From Synechococcus sp. (GTDB taxonomy: Bacteria > Cyanobacteriota > Cyanobacteriia > PCC-6307 > Cyanobiaceae), in the NCBI GenBank assembly GCA_047285305.1, contig JBJBDL010000003.1, forward strand, positions 1,920,001-1,984,000: 64,000 bases of DNA, read 5' to 3'. Every line of letters begins with the position of its first letter. The first letter of the stretch is position 1. Both the position numbers and the translations under genes were made by a program. The notes under the pieces were generated by a model that did not search any database, was not told where the DNA came from, and saw only the letters and a program-made list of their open reading frames with translations. Shown piece by piece: positions 32,237-39,986 of this stretch.

Positions 32237-32293
32237 TCATTCCGTGCTGGCCTCAGCCCCCCTCCACTTCAACTGGTTTGCACCATTCAGACC

Positions 32294-32641
32294 GTGGAGG
32301 CCAGGTGGTCTGGCCGCCCGATTGCAATCATCCGACAGCTCGAGCAGCAGCAGCAGTTTCGGGTTGAGCGGGGTGAGAACCCTGCGATTGAACCGAGGAC
32401 GATGATCGACATCAGACTCACCCCCCTGGTGGAGCGCTTCAGCAGTTCCGGTGTTGAGCAGATCGTGGGTTCTCGCATGACCTATCACTGGTCCTGCAAA
32501 GCCCCGTTAGTAGCGCTCACATTCAATGTCTCCGTCGCCTCCAGCAGTCCTGCCAAAGAGAGTTGTGTCGATGTAAGCGGAGATCTGGTCATTGATATTC
32601 AAAAGGGATTCGAACTCAGCCAGCAATCCCGGCTGACCTAA
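32294..32641 (+). CDS. Hypothetical protein (start uncertain)
   Basis: 115-aa ORF filling the hemL-cdd gap. Confidence 0.5.
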   Translation: MEARWSGRPIAIIRQLEQQQQFRVERGENPAIEPRTMIDIRLTPLVERFSSSGVEQIVGSRMTYHWSCKAPLVALTFNVSVASSSPAKESCVDVSGDLVIDIQKGFELSQQSRLT

Positions 32642-32684
32642 TCAGCTGGGACGAAAACCCTGAGCAGCTTTTTTGAAACGGCCT

Positions 32685-33104
32685 ATGGCTCCTGCTGAGA
32701 ACAACTCTGGGTCGTTACTGGTGCGAGCTCGCCGAGCCGCCGAACGTGCCCATTGCCCCTACTCAAACTTCCACGTGGGGGCTGCAGTGCGGTGTGATGA
32801 CGGCAGTGTGATCGACGGCTGCAATGTGGAAAATGCCAGTTATGGACTGAGCATCTGCGCAGAGCGGGTCGCCCTTTTCACGGCGATCAGCCAAGGCAAA
32901 CAACCGATTGAACTGGCCGTGAGCTGCATCGATGCCCAGAACGATGCAGCCACTGGATCCTGCATGCCATGCGGCGCCTGCCGTCAGGTGATGCAGGAAC
33001 TGCTGCCAAGCAAGGCCAAGGTGAGCATCGATGGTGTGGGCACAAGGCAACTCGAGCAACTTCTTCCTGCTCCCTTTGAACTGAAACAACCAAACACCAA
33101 CTGA
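32685..33104 (+). CDS. cdd: Cytidine deaminase
   Basis: PYSNFHVGAA, GCNVENASY, CAE, PCGACRQ. Confidence 0.95.
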   Translation: MAPAENNSGSLLVRARRAAERAHCPYSNFHVGAAVRCDDGSVIDGCNVENASYGLSICAERVALFTAISQGKQPIELAVSCIDAQNDAATGSCMPCGACRQVMQELLPSKAKVSIDGVGTRQLEQLLPAPFELKQPNTN

Positions 33105-33176
33105 TCACCACCATCACAGCCCTGAAGCGCTCATCCAAGAGCGAGCAGCATCAAAAGACCACGATTCAACCGAAAA

Positions 33177-33650
33177 TCAAGATCGCGCCCAACAGGCCAA
33201 GGCTTTCTCGGGATCAATGATGTCAGACACATCGCTGTAGACGTACTTCTGCCACTCCCGCTCAGGGAGACCGGCAAACACCATCAGGTTGAGCGGATAC
33301 TGTTCGGAATCGGTGCACCTGCGGAAATCATCCCGAAACAGGAAGGTGGGTTTACCCAGGGCAATGGCGGCACCAAGCTCCACCATGACCCCTTCATCGG
33401 GAGGCGTTCCATTCACGATGGCGAACAGTGCATCGGCATCACGCACATCCTGTAGATCCCGCTGCGCGACGCGATAGGCCCATCCCGGTTCCGCCAGATT
33501 CACCTGACCATTGCGAGCAAAGGGCTCCCAGACCTCTAATCCCAGGGCTTCCAATGCCCCGATGAACTCCGGCAACAACAGCCGCTTCCATTGCTCCGAA
33601 AAGCCATAAGGAGACGCCAGATAAATCGTGCGTGCGCTGTTGTTCATCAC
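33177..33650 (-). CDS. Nucleoside 2-deoxyribosyltransferase family protein
   Basis: IYLASP, D..DV..AD, PDEGVMVELG.A.ALGKP, NLM. Confidence 0.9.
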   Translation of the reverse strand: MMNNSARTIYLASPYGFSEQWKRLLLPEFIGALEALGLEVWEPFARNGQVNLAEPGWAYRVAQRDLQDVRDADALFAIVNGTPPDEGVMVELGAAIALGKPTFLFRDDFRRCTDSEQYPLNLMVFAGLPEREWQKYVYSDVSDIIDPEKALACWARS

Positions 33651-34039
33651 AGGCCCCGGGAGGCGCGGTACGCCTGCTCATCGGCACGGGCCTGTTCAAG
33701 GTTCTCCCAAGGAAACACCAGCCATTGCGAGGACTCGGCAACCTCAGCTGCCACCCACCAATCAGGACGCACCTTGCTGACCCAAACAGCAAAGGATGCC
33801 TGCGGCACCTGAACTTTCAACGTCTGCAGGGTGCGTCCGGTTTCATAGACATCATCCACAATCAGGGCTGATTGCTCAGGTGCTGAGAGCAAGGGGCAAT
33901 CGATGGCATGGCTGAGGGCTACAGCAAGACACAGCCCTCCACGAGGGACCCCATAAACGCCACTCACCGCAGAATCGGCAAAGCGTGAAGCCAACTGCTG
34001 CACCGCCTGATCGAATTGAGCCCAGCTCAGTACCTGCAT
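33647..34039 (-). CDS. Short type I phosphoribosyltransferase (xanthine/guanine PRT-like)
   Basis: LSW..F, GVPRGGL, LIVDDVYETGRT, WLVFPWE; 4-bp overlap with the next gene. Confidence 0.88.
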   Translation of the reverse strand: MQVLSWAQFDQAVQQLASRFADSAVSGVYGVPRGGLCLAVALSHAIDCPLLSAPEQSALIVDDVYETGRTLQTLKVQVPQASFAVWVSKVRPDWWVAAEVAESSQWLVFPWENLEQARADEQAYRASRGL

Positions 34040-34053
34040 AGCCGGAGAATGAC

Positions 34054-34199
34054 ACATCCACGCAGTGATGCCCCTTGAGCCAAGACATCCCGCCCCAGGA
34101 ACAAAATCGCAAATGGTTTCGCAGCCATCTGCTCAGCCGGGAACTGGAATTACAGGAGCTCTATGACCTGCCGCAGGGAGAGCTGGATCTCGTGATGGC
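34054..34199 (+). repeat. Left copy of 146-bp direct repeat (attL-like)
   Basis: Matches 38583-38728 with 5 substitutions and no indels. Confidence 0.95.
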
Positions 34200-34251
34200 A
34201 TCAAATGGTCTGCTTATGCCACTGACAGCGATGACAAAACCCTGCCGGTGA
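34075..34251 (+). pseudogene. Truncated 5' duplicate of the 38604-38858 gene
   Basis: LSQDIPPQEQNRKWFRSHLLSRELELQELYDLPQGELDLVMA followed by an unrelated tail and TGA. Confidence 0.85.
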
Positions 34252-34558
34252 TCCACTCACCACAACTCAGACAACATTCAGCCGTATGAGGGATAGGATC
34301 TGGGATGAAGCAAAACTCGGGATCACACATCCAACAAAATTTGATTGCCAGAAAATCCGATGTGGGCATAGGGCAATGAAAGATAAGGACAGTCGAAAAA
34401 TTGAAGACGTACGCAATAAATCAAAAAATTATCGAAAGATCTGCATTTAAAACACTACGAAACAAACAGCTTTGCTTAATCCGAATTTAATTTATCGCAA
34501 CAACAAATGCTCACAATTTAACAGGAACTTGCTTGAATATCCAACAAAAATATAGAAT

Positions 34559-34999
34559 TCACTTACAGTATTTTAAAACATTTTCCAACACTTTCCCAAT
34601 TGCAGCCTTTTGACCGTTGAGACTCCCTTCAATCTGAGCAACAGACTGCTGTTTAATTTGAGCAGGGGTATTCGCAGGCAAAGAGTTCAACAAACCGCTC
34701 ATTTGAAGGTAAGTGGCATTAAACCCCTCCATTCTTTGCACCAAGTCGTAAGTCGGCAAAGAGCAACTCGACAACCCTTCGCTCAGACCAATCATTTTCC
34801 ACGCGTCTTGTTCTACTGCTTGAACTAGGCTGTAATTACTAGGATCACCTGCATAAGAATAAGCCTTGGCTTTAATCTCTTCAGCCAAAATTTCTCTTTG
34901 GGATGGCTTGATACTCTGCGCCTTCAACGGAAGTGCCACGAAGCATGTTGCAGAGAGAAGCGCAGCAAAAAGAGACGCAGACCTAGAAAGAGAAATCAT
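34559..34999 (-). CDS. Secreted helical hypothetical protein (island cargo)
   Basis: 146 aa, Sec-type signal ending LPLKA. Confidence 0.8.
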   Translation of the reverse strand: MISLSRSASLFAALLSATCFVALPLKAQSIKPSQREILAEEIKAKAYSYAGDPSNYSLVQAVEQDAWKMIGLSEGLSSCSLPTYDLVQRMEGFNATYLQMSGLLNSLPANTPAQIKQQSVAQIEGSLNGQKAAIGKVLENVLKYCK

Positions 35000-35010
35000 C
35001 TAAGATTGAA

Positions 35011-35035
35011 TGTTATAATACGAATAATCATACCA
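35011..35035. promoter_or_regulatory. Putative overlapping divergent extended -10 promoters
   Basis: TGTTATAAT (+, 35011-35019) and TGGTATGAT (-, 35035-35027) in a 41-bp gap. Confidence 0.55.
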
Positions 35036-35040
35036 TTGCA

Positions 35041-35448
35041 ATGCCAGCAGCAAGCAAAATCATTGCCTCATTAATCGGCACTGGTATTTCACTACTTGCT
35101 CCTACTCGAGCATGGAGTGCTGCAGAATTTAATAACCTGACATGTGTAGTAGAGCTTAAAACCGAACAACAGTGCAATATCTCTATTCACAAACGTGCCA
35201 TGATTATCAAATTTCCGAATGGTCGAACTAATAGAGTCAGGCTCTCAAAGATAAGACGATGGGCTTACACTAATCAGAGCGAACTCAAAGGTTTTATTTT
35301 TACTTGGGTGAAGCATCGCCATGTTTTTGGTATTAGCTTCAGGAATATAGATGGTGACACTGAGCAAATGGCTGTAGCTTTTGACGACAGTCAATATGTA
35401 CAACCATTCACTTTCTTTTTGGAAGGAACTGGTCCAGCTTTTGATTAA
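35041..35448 (+). CDS. Secreted hypothetical protein (island cargo)
   Basis: 135 aa, signal peptide ending AWS/A, two N-proximal Cys. Confidence 0.8.
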   Translation: MPAASKIIASLIGTGISLLAPTRAWSAAEFNNLTCVVELKTEQQCNISIHKRAMIIKFPNGRTNRVRLSKIRRWAYTNQSELKGFIFTWVKHRHVFGISFRNIDGDTEQMAVAFDDSQYVQPFTFFLEGTGPAFD

Positions 35449-36218
35449 TCCACCCTGTCAGCTAAATACTCAACTGACTTATAAATTGCATCTGTCATAG
35501 CTGCCCTTGTTCCAGCATCCATGCCTCCATAACCACCAAATCCACTTAATTCATATCCCGCACCACTTTTTTTAGTTGAGTTTACATCTCCAGAAAAAGA
35601 TCGACTAGCAACAATATCTTCCGCAGAAACACTTATGACATCTATTTTTACAGTGACGTTAGCAGTCTTTGTAGTTTTCCGCTCGACTCCTGCCCCAAAA
35701 CCCATGAAACCCATTTTCACCTTTTGATCCGAAGACTGGGTAGAATCCTTATTTAAAACAACAGGTCTAACAATATATTTTGCACCCAAAGTTCTTGAAG
35801 CCGTAATTAGTTCAGGGATGTACATATCATTAGTGTAATCAATCCTTGGTCCGCCCATAGATGATCCCGATAGGAAGGGATTGGCGTTCGCGACTTGTGA
35901 ACCTTTTACGACTTTTTGAAGTGCAGAATTAACTTTAAACCAGGATACTGTTTTTGCACCGCCATCTCGGACCAATTGATTAAAGACTTCTGTGCAAAAT
36001 TCATTTTTAGTGGGACCACCCATCATTTGATTGCCAGATTTATCCATGCAAGGCATTAAAATAATCGATGATCTTGTAATGAATTCGACGTTTTTGATTC
36101 TTTCCTCAGCGTAAACCTGGCAAGAAGAGCCGATAAGCGAGGCAAGCAGAAAGGAGCCGTATACAAACTTTCGCGGAGCATTTTGCTTGCACGCTGTTAC
36201 GATGACTGACGCAGCCAT
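35445..36218 (-). CDS. CsgG/HfaB-like exported protein
   Basis: Signal region; IILMPCMD, ASRTLGAKYIV, Gly-rich GFMGFGAG strand, ANVTVKIDVISV..EDIVASRSFSG, C-terminal helix AAMTDAIYKSVEYL. Confidence 0.6.
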   Translation of the reverse strand: MAASVIVTACKQNAPRKFVYGSFLLASLIGSSCQVYAEERIKNVEFITRSSIILMPCMDKSGNQMMGGPTKNEFCTEVFNQLVRDGGAKTVSWFKVNSALQKVVKGSQVANANPFLSGSSMGGPRIDYTNDMYIPELITASRTLGAKYIVRPVVLNKDSTQSSDQKVKMGFMGFGAGVERKTTKTANVTVKIDVISVSAEDIVASRSFSGDVNSTKKSGAGYELSGFGGYGGMDAGTRAAMTDAIYKSVEYLADRVD

Positions 36219-36236
36219 AGTCTTCTAAAATTCACG

Positions 36237-36677
36237 ATGAAAATAATAGCACTTGTCTGCCTGGCAATCGCATCAATACATACTGCAGAAAAAGCCTATG
36301 CTTCACCCGCTAAGTTCAATTCACTGTGTGCCATGACCGGTGCATTTAGCAGGTGTTCAGTTGAATTCGAAGAAAATCAACTCGTTTTCGTATCTATGGA
36401 TGGATTCAATGAAATGGACTATTGCAGCAGGAGATCAATATCTTACCGATCAAATCCCTCATCTCCTTACAGGAAGGTTTCTGGATCTGAATCAATGATC
36501 GTCAATACCGTCAAAAGAGAAAAGGGTATTGACCATGATTTTCTTTTCAAGTATGCGAATAATAATTCTCAAGAAAGAGCTTCAAGAGTAATAGTAAGAT
36601 TCAAAAATCACAAAGTTGCAGTTAATTTCGCTGAAAAAGTATCTGAATCAATTAAATACTGCCAAGTGGATCCATAA
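36237..36677 (+). CDS. Secreted hypothetical protein (island cargo)
   Basis: 146 aa, signal peptide ending AYA, four Cys in the mature part. Confidence 0.8.
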   Translation: MKIIALVCLAIASIHTAEKAYASPAKFNSLCAMTGAFSRCSVEFEENQLVFVSMDGFNEMDYCSRRSISYRSNPSSPYRKVSGSESMIVNTVKREKGIDHDFLFKYANNNSQERASRVIVRFKNHKVAVNFAEKVSESIKYCQVDP

Positions 36678-36697
36678 AGAATTATATGAGCAACACA

Positions 36698-36841
36698 TTA
36701 CTTGAATCTAGACTTTTTTTCCTGCTTGTAAAAGCCGGCAATTGCCTTACTGACCAACTCTGATGGTGAGCCATACAGGCGATTCCTACGAATCATCTCA
36801 CGAATATACGTTTCAGATTGACGATCTAGTTTGCTATTCAT
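36698..36841 (-). CDS. Small ribbon-helix-helix (ParD/CopG-like) protein
   Basis: 47 aa MNSKLDRQSETYIREMIRRNRLYGSPSELVSKAIAGFY; resembles the L..E..I...Y.S.SE.V..A pattern. Confidence 0.55.
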   Translation of the reverse strand: MNSKLDRQSETYIREMIRRNRLYGSPSELVSKAIAGFYKQEKKSRFK

Positions 36842-36999
36842 CGACTTGGAAAGTGCTTGAAGTACAAATCTTCCATTGCCACCTTGTAGCAACCAGACCG
36901 TGTCAACCTGGTCTTACGCATCAAGGCTTCCTCCATCTGACGAAAAGCATTCACTTCTCGTCGATTGAAGGAGACATTCGTAGAAGGGGTCTTAGTGAT
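36838..36999 (-). CDS. Second RHH-like micro-ORF lacking a canonical start (ATC)
   Basis: 53 aa ITKTPSTNVSFNRREVNAFRQMEEALMRKTRLTRSGCYKVAMEDLYFKHFPSR; TGA overlaps the next ATG (ATGA). Confidence 0.45.
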   Translation of the reverse strand: MTKTPSTNVSFNRREVNAFRQMEEALMRKTRLTRSGCYKVAMEDLYFKHFPSR

Positions 37000-37532
37000 A
37001 TAGATAGTTTTTGAATAGAAAAGATAGTGATGTCAGTTGATCACGGATGAAACCAAGCTCGAGAGAATGAAGCCTCAGGCAACAAGCACACTTGACTTCT
37101 TGAAATCATTTGAATCTATTTATATATTTTCAACCTTGAAACCAATCACTTTTGAACCATGAAGTGCTCTAAAGCGGGCTTAAGCGCACTTAAAGCGGTA
37201 GCAGTGCGGAATCAAAGCTCAATAGCCAGAATCCAATCGATTCATACTCAAAGGAGTCTTGAATCCGAATTTCCTATACCTTCACCACTATGTATAAGAG
37301 TTTTCAGTCAGAAACAGTTATGCGTAGCCCGTTGTCATATTCAACTGAGGTTTATTTCAAGGGAATAAGGACTACTGGCGCTCATCACTAAGGATCCTTC
37401 GATTACCCCTGTAGAGATGTCTCGGTAGATGCCGTGATCTCCAGAGAGCATCAGAGATGCCCCTCTGAGGTGGAAGGCGAGTCACCCTCTCCTCATCAAC
37501 ACAAGCATCACCAGCCTCTGGTGATGGCACCT

Positions 37533-38351
37533 CTAAGACCTCTGGAGAGGGCAGCAGGAGGTGAGCTGCATGGTCTCTCTGTGCTGCCTCAGCACTTCAA
37601 CGACCTGCTTGCTCAACGGCACCACACGTGCCTTGCCTGTCTTGGTGCCTGACCACACCCGCTTAAGCGTGGCAGTGCCATCACGCCTGAGCGTCTTACT
37701 GATCAACAGCTCCCCTTCGTCCAGGCGCACGCAGTCCCAGGTCAGACCAATCACTTCTGCATTCCTGAGACCTGTACCCAGCCACAAGGCAAAGCAGGGG
37801 TAAAACCACTCCTCATTGCTTCTGAGGTCGTCCAGCACACTCTTGATCTCTTCCCTACTCAGCACCTCCTCCTGCACTGACCTTGCTGGCACCTTGACCT
37901 GAACCGAGCGCAATGGCTCATTGCCTGGTTGCACAGATCGAATCGTGCAAAGGATCGTGGACTGAGTGGATGCCGCTAACCCCTCTGCATTCATCCACGC
38001 AAGAAAGCGATCAACCTCGGGGTTGGTCCTAATTGGCAAGCCAAACCGCATTACCACTCGATAGGCATGCGTAACCCTTGCCTGCCTCTTCTCCTCTGCC
38101 AATGACCTCAGGGCATCGAGCAAGTCCTTGTCCCGACCCTCCACCAAGGGGCGGTATCGATTCAGGGATAAGTCCAAATCCCCTTGCTGAGCATCTCGCC
38201 AGATCTCGGCACAGATGGCTTGCCCCCTGGCTTGGGCGACTGGATCGTCAAAACGACCGATCCGATTGATGAAATGGTCTCGTCCACCCAACCTCAACCT
38301 GACTTGGAGAGCACCGTTGTTGTCCCTGACCCTGGGTGGCTTCTTCAGCAT
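37533..38351 (-). pseudogene. Tyrosine recombinase/phage integrase, C-terminally truncated
   Basis: N-terminal arm-binding-like region, TGLRNAEVIGLTW, TKTGKARVVPL; no HxxR or catalytic Tyr. Confidence 0.88.
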
Positions 38352-38582
38352 CTCTCTCCCTTACATGGGATTCGGGCTTAGGGCTGACACCTTTAAAAGC
38401 CAAGCCAGATCAGCAGATCCAGTAGCCCTTCGTAGCCCTAGACGAGATCCAGTGCCCTTTTGGCTTGGGTTCTGGCTTATGGACTAAGGAGAGTCCTGAG
38501 CGTCCTTGAGGGTCACCTTCAAAACCCCTGCAAGTACAAGGGATTGGGACTCCTCGCCTGACTCGCGGCGTCAGACTGCATT

Positions 38583-38728
38583 ACATCCACGCTGTGATGC
38601 CCCTTGAGCCGAGACATCCCGCCCCAAGAACAAAATCGCAAATGGTTTCGCAGCCATCTGCTCATCCGGGAACTGGAATTACAGGAGCTCTATGACCTGC
38701 CGCAGGGAGAGCTGGATCTAGTGATGGC
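38583..38728 (+). repeat. Right copy of 146-bp direct repeat (attR-like)
   Basis: Matches 34054-34199. Confidence 0.95.
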
Positions 38729-38858
38729 CGAGACCGCTGAAATCCGTTCGGACCCTGAAAACCGATCCCGTAGTTATGGGCGCTGGTGCACCGCCGGCTA
38801 TGTACTGGAACTCGCAAAGATCATCGATGCTCGACGGGCCCGGGACCTGAGCGCTTAA
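38604..38858 (+). CDS. Small hypothetical protein, intact copy of the integration target gene
   Basis: 84-aa ORF with host-like GC; first ~42 codons duplicated at 34075. Confidence 0.8.
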   Translation: MSRDIPPQEQNRKWFRSHLLIRELELQELYDLPQGELDLVMAETAEIRSDPENRSRSYGRWCTAGYVLELAKIIDARRARDLSA

Positions 38859-38972
38859 ACGTCGCCCCTAACCCTCACAAAAAAACATCCCAACCATGAT
38901 CGACGAGACTGAAAATCGTGCCTGAGCAATATTAAAACTCGTTTTTAAATCACCGAACTCGCTTTCTCCTGA

Positions 38973-39470
38973 TCAGCGATAGTTCTCAAACTGCAGAGGA
39001 ACGTCAAGATCATCCTCCTTACTTTTGACTAGCTGAATCGCGGCTTGCAAGTCATCTTTGCTCTTACCGGTGATCCGTACACTTTCACCCTGGATCGCCA
39101 CCGTCACCTTTTTGAGCTCATCGCGCACCATCTTGCTCAACTTCTTCGCAATCTCCTGACTGAGGCCCTTACGCAGTTTCACCACCTGCTTCACCCGATT
39201 GCCTCCGACGGTTTCAGGTGTCTGAAAATCGAAAATCTTGAGGGAGAGATTGCGTTTGGTCGCTTTAGTTCGCAGCACATCCTCCACCGCCTGAAGCGTC
39301 ATATCACTGGCCGTAGTGATCACCAGCTCCGTTTCCTCAAGATCGATCTCGGTGGCGGAATCCTTGAGGTCATAACGGTTGCCAACATCACGACGAACCT
39401 GATCAAGGGTGTTCACCAGCTCCTGACGATCAAAGTCAGAGACCACATCAAAGGAATAAGTGCTGGCCAT
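38973..39470 (-). CDS. yajQ: YajQ-family nucleotide-binding protein
   Basis: SFDVVS, RYDLK, IQGESVRITGKSKDDLQ, LQFENYR. Confidence 0.95.
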   Translation of the reverse strand: MASTYSFDVVSDFDRQELVNTLDQVRRDVGNRYDLKDSATEIDLEETELVITTASDMTLQAVEDVLRTKATKRNLSLKIFDFQTPETVGGNRVKQVVKLRKGLSQEIAKKLSKMVRDELKKVTVAIQGESVRITGKSKDDLQAAIQLVKSKEDDLDVPLQFENYR

Positions 39471-39560
39471 GTCGCAAACTTGTCGATCATCCAGTTTAGA
39501 AACCCATCGATCTCCAGCAGGGTGTGGTCCACCGGAGCCCGTTAGGGTCCCGAGGATTAA

Positions 39561-39986
39561 TTGGATGTCATGATTCCTGCGTTTGCCTGGGCCCTTTGCC
39601 TGATGGGGGCCGTCGTCATGGTGAGCATCGTGCTCACCGGGGCCGGACGGGCCAAAGCCGACTTCACCATGGCGGATCTTCAGGCACCTCGAGCGATGTT
39701 TGAACGGCTGCCCGCCTTCGGGCAGCGCGCCGTGTGGGCACAGGAGAACAGCTGGGAAGCACTGACCCTGGGGGCACCGGCCATGCTGTTGTGTCTGATC
39801 AGCGGAGTCAGCAGCCCCACGGCCATCGCAGCAGCGTGGATCTGGCCAGGCATCCGATTTATTTATCTGTTTGCGTATGTCGGCAACGTCCCACCCGTGA
39901 GGGGACTCTGTTGGGCTACGGGGGTTACTGCCGTTGGCATCTGCTATGTGGAGGGACTGCGGGCCGTAATCAGCGCCGCCGGCTGA
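39561..39986 (+). CDS. MAPEG family membrane protein
   Basis: APRAMFERLP..GQRA.WAQENSWE; TM helices. Confidence 0.85.
   Translation: MDVMIPAFAWALCLMGAVVMVSIVLTGAGRAKADFTMADLQAPRAMFERLPAFGQRAVWAQENSWEALTLGAPAMLLCLISGVSSPTAIAAAWIWPGIRFIYLFAYVGNVPPVRGLCWATGVTAVGICYVEGLRAVISAAG

Larger units (their letters stand above)
34054..38728. mobile_element. Integrase-associated genomic island, probably immobilised
   Basis: Flanking direct repeats, tyrosine integrase next to the right repeat, visibly AT-rich interior (~34300-37370). Confidence 0.88.

Noticed and set aside
36698..36892. Toxin-antitoxin system around the ParD-like ORF
   Set aside because: No ParE/RelE-like toxin ORF adjacent
37000..37370. 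Short ORFs in the AT-rich island spacer (e.g. 37159-37368)
   Set aside because: No recognisable motifs or coupling; likely non-coding or decayed
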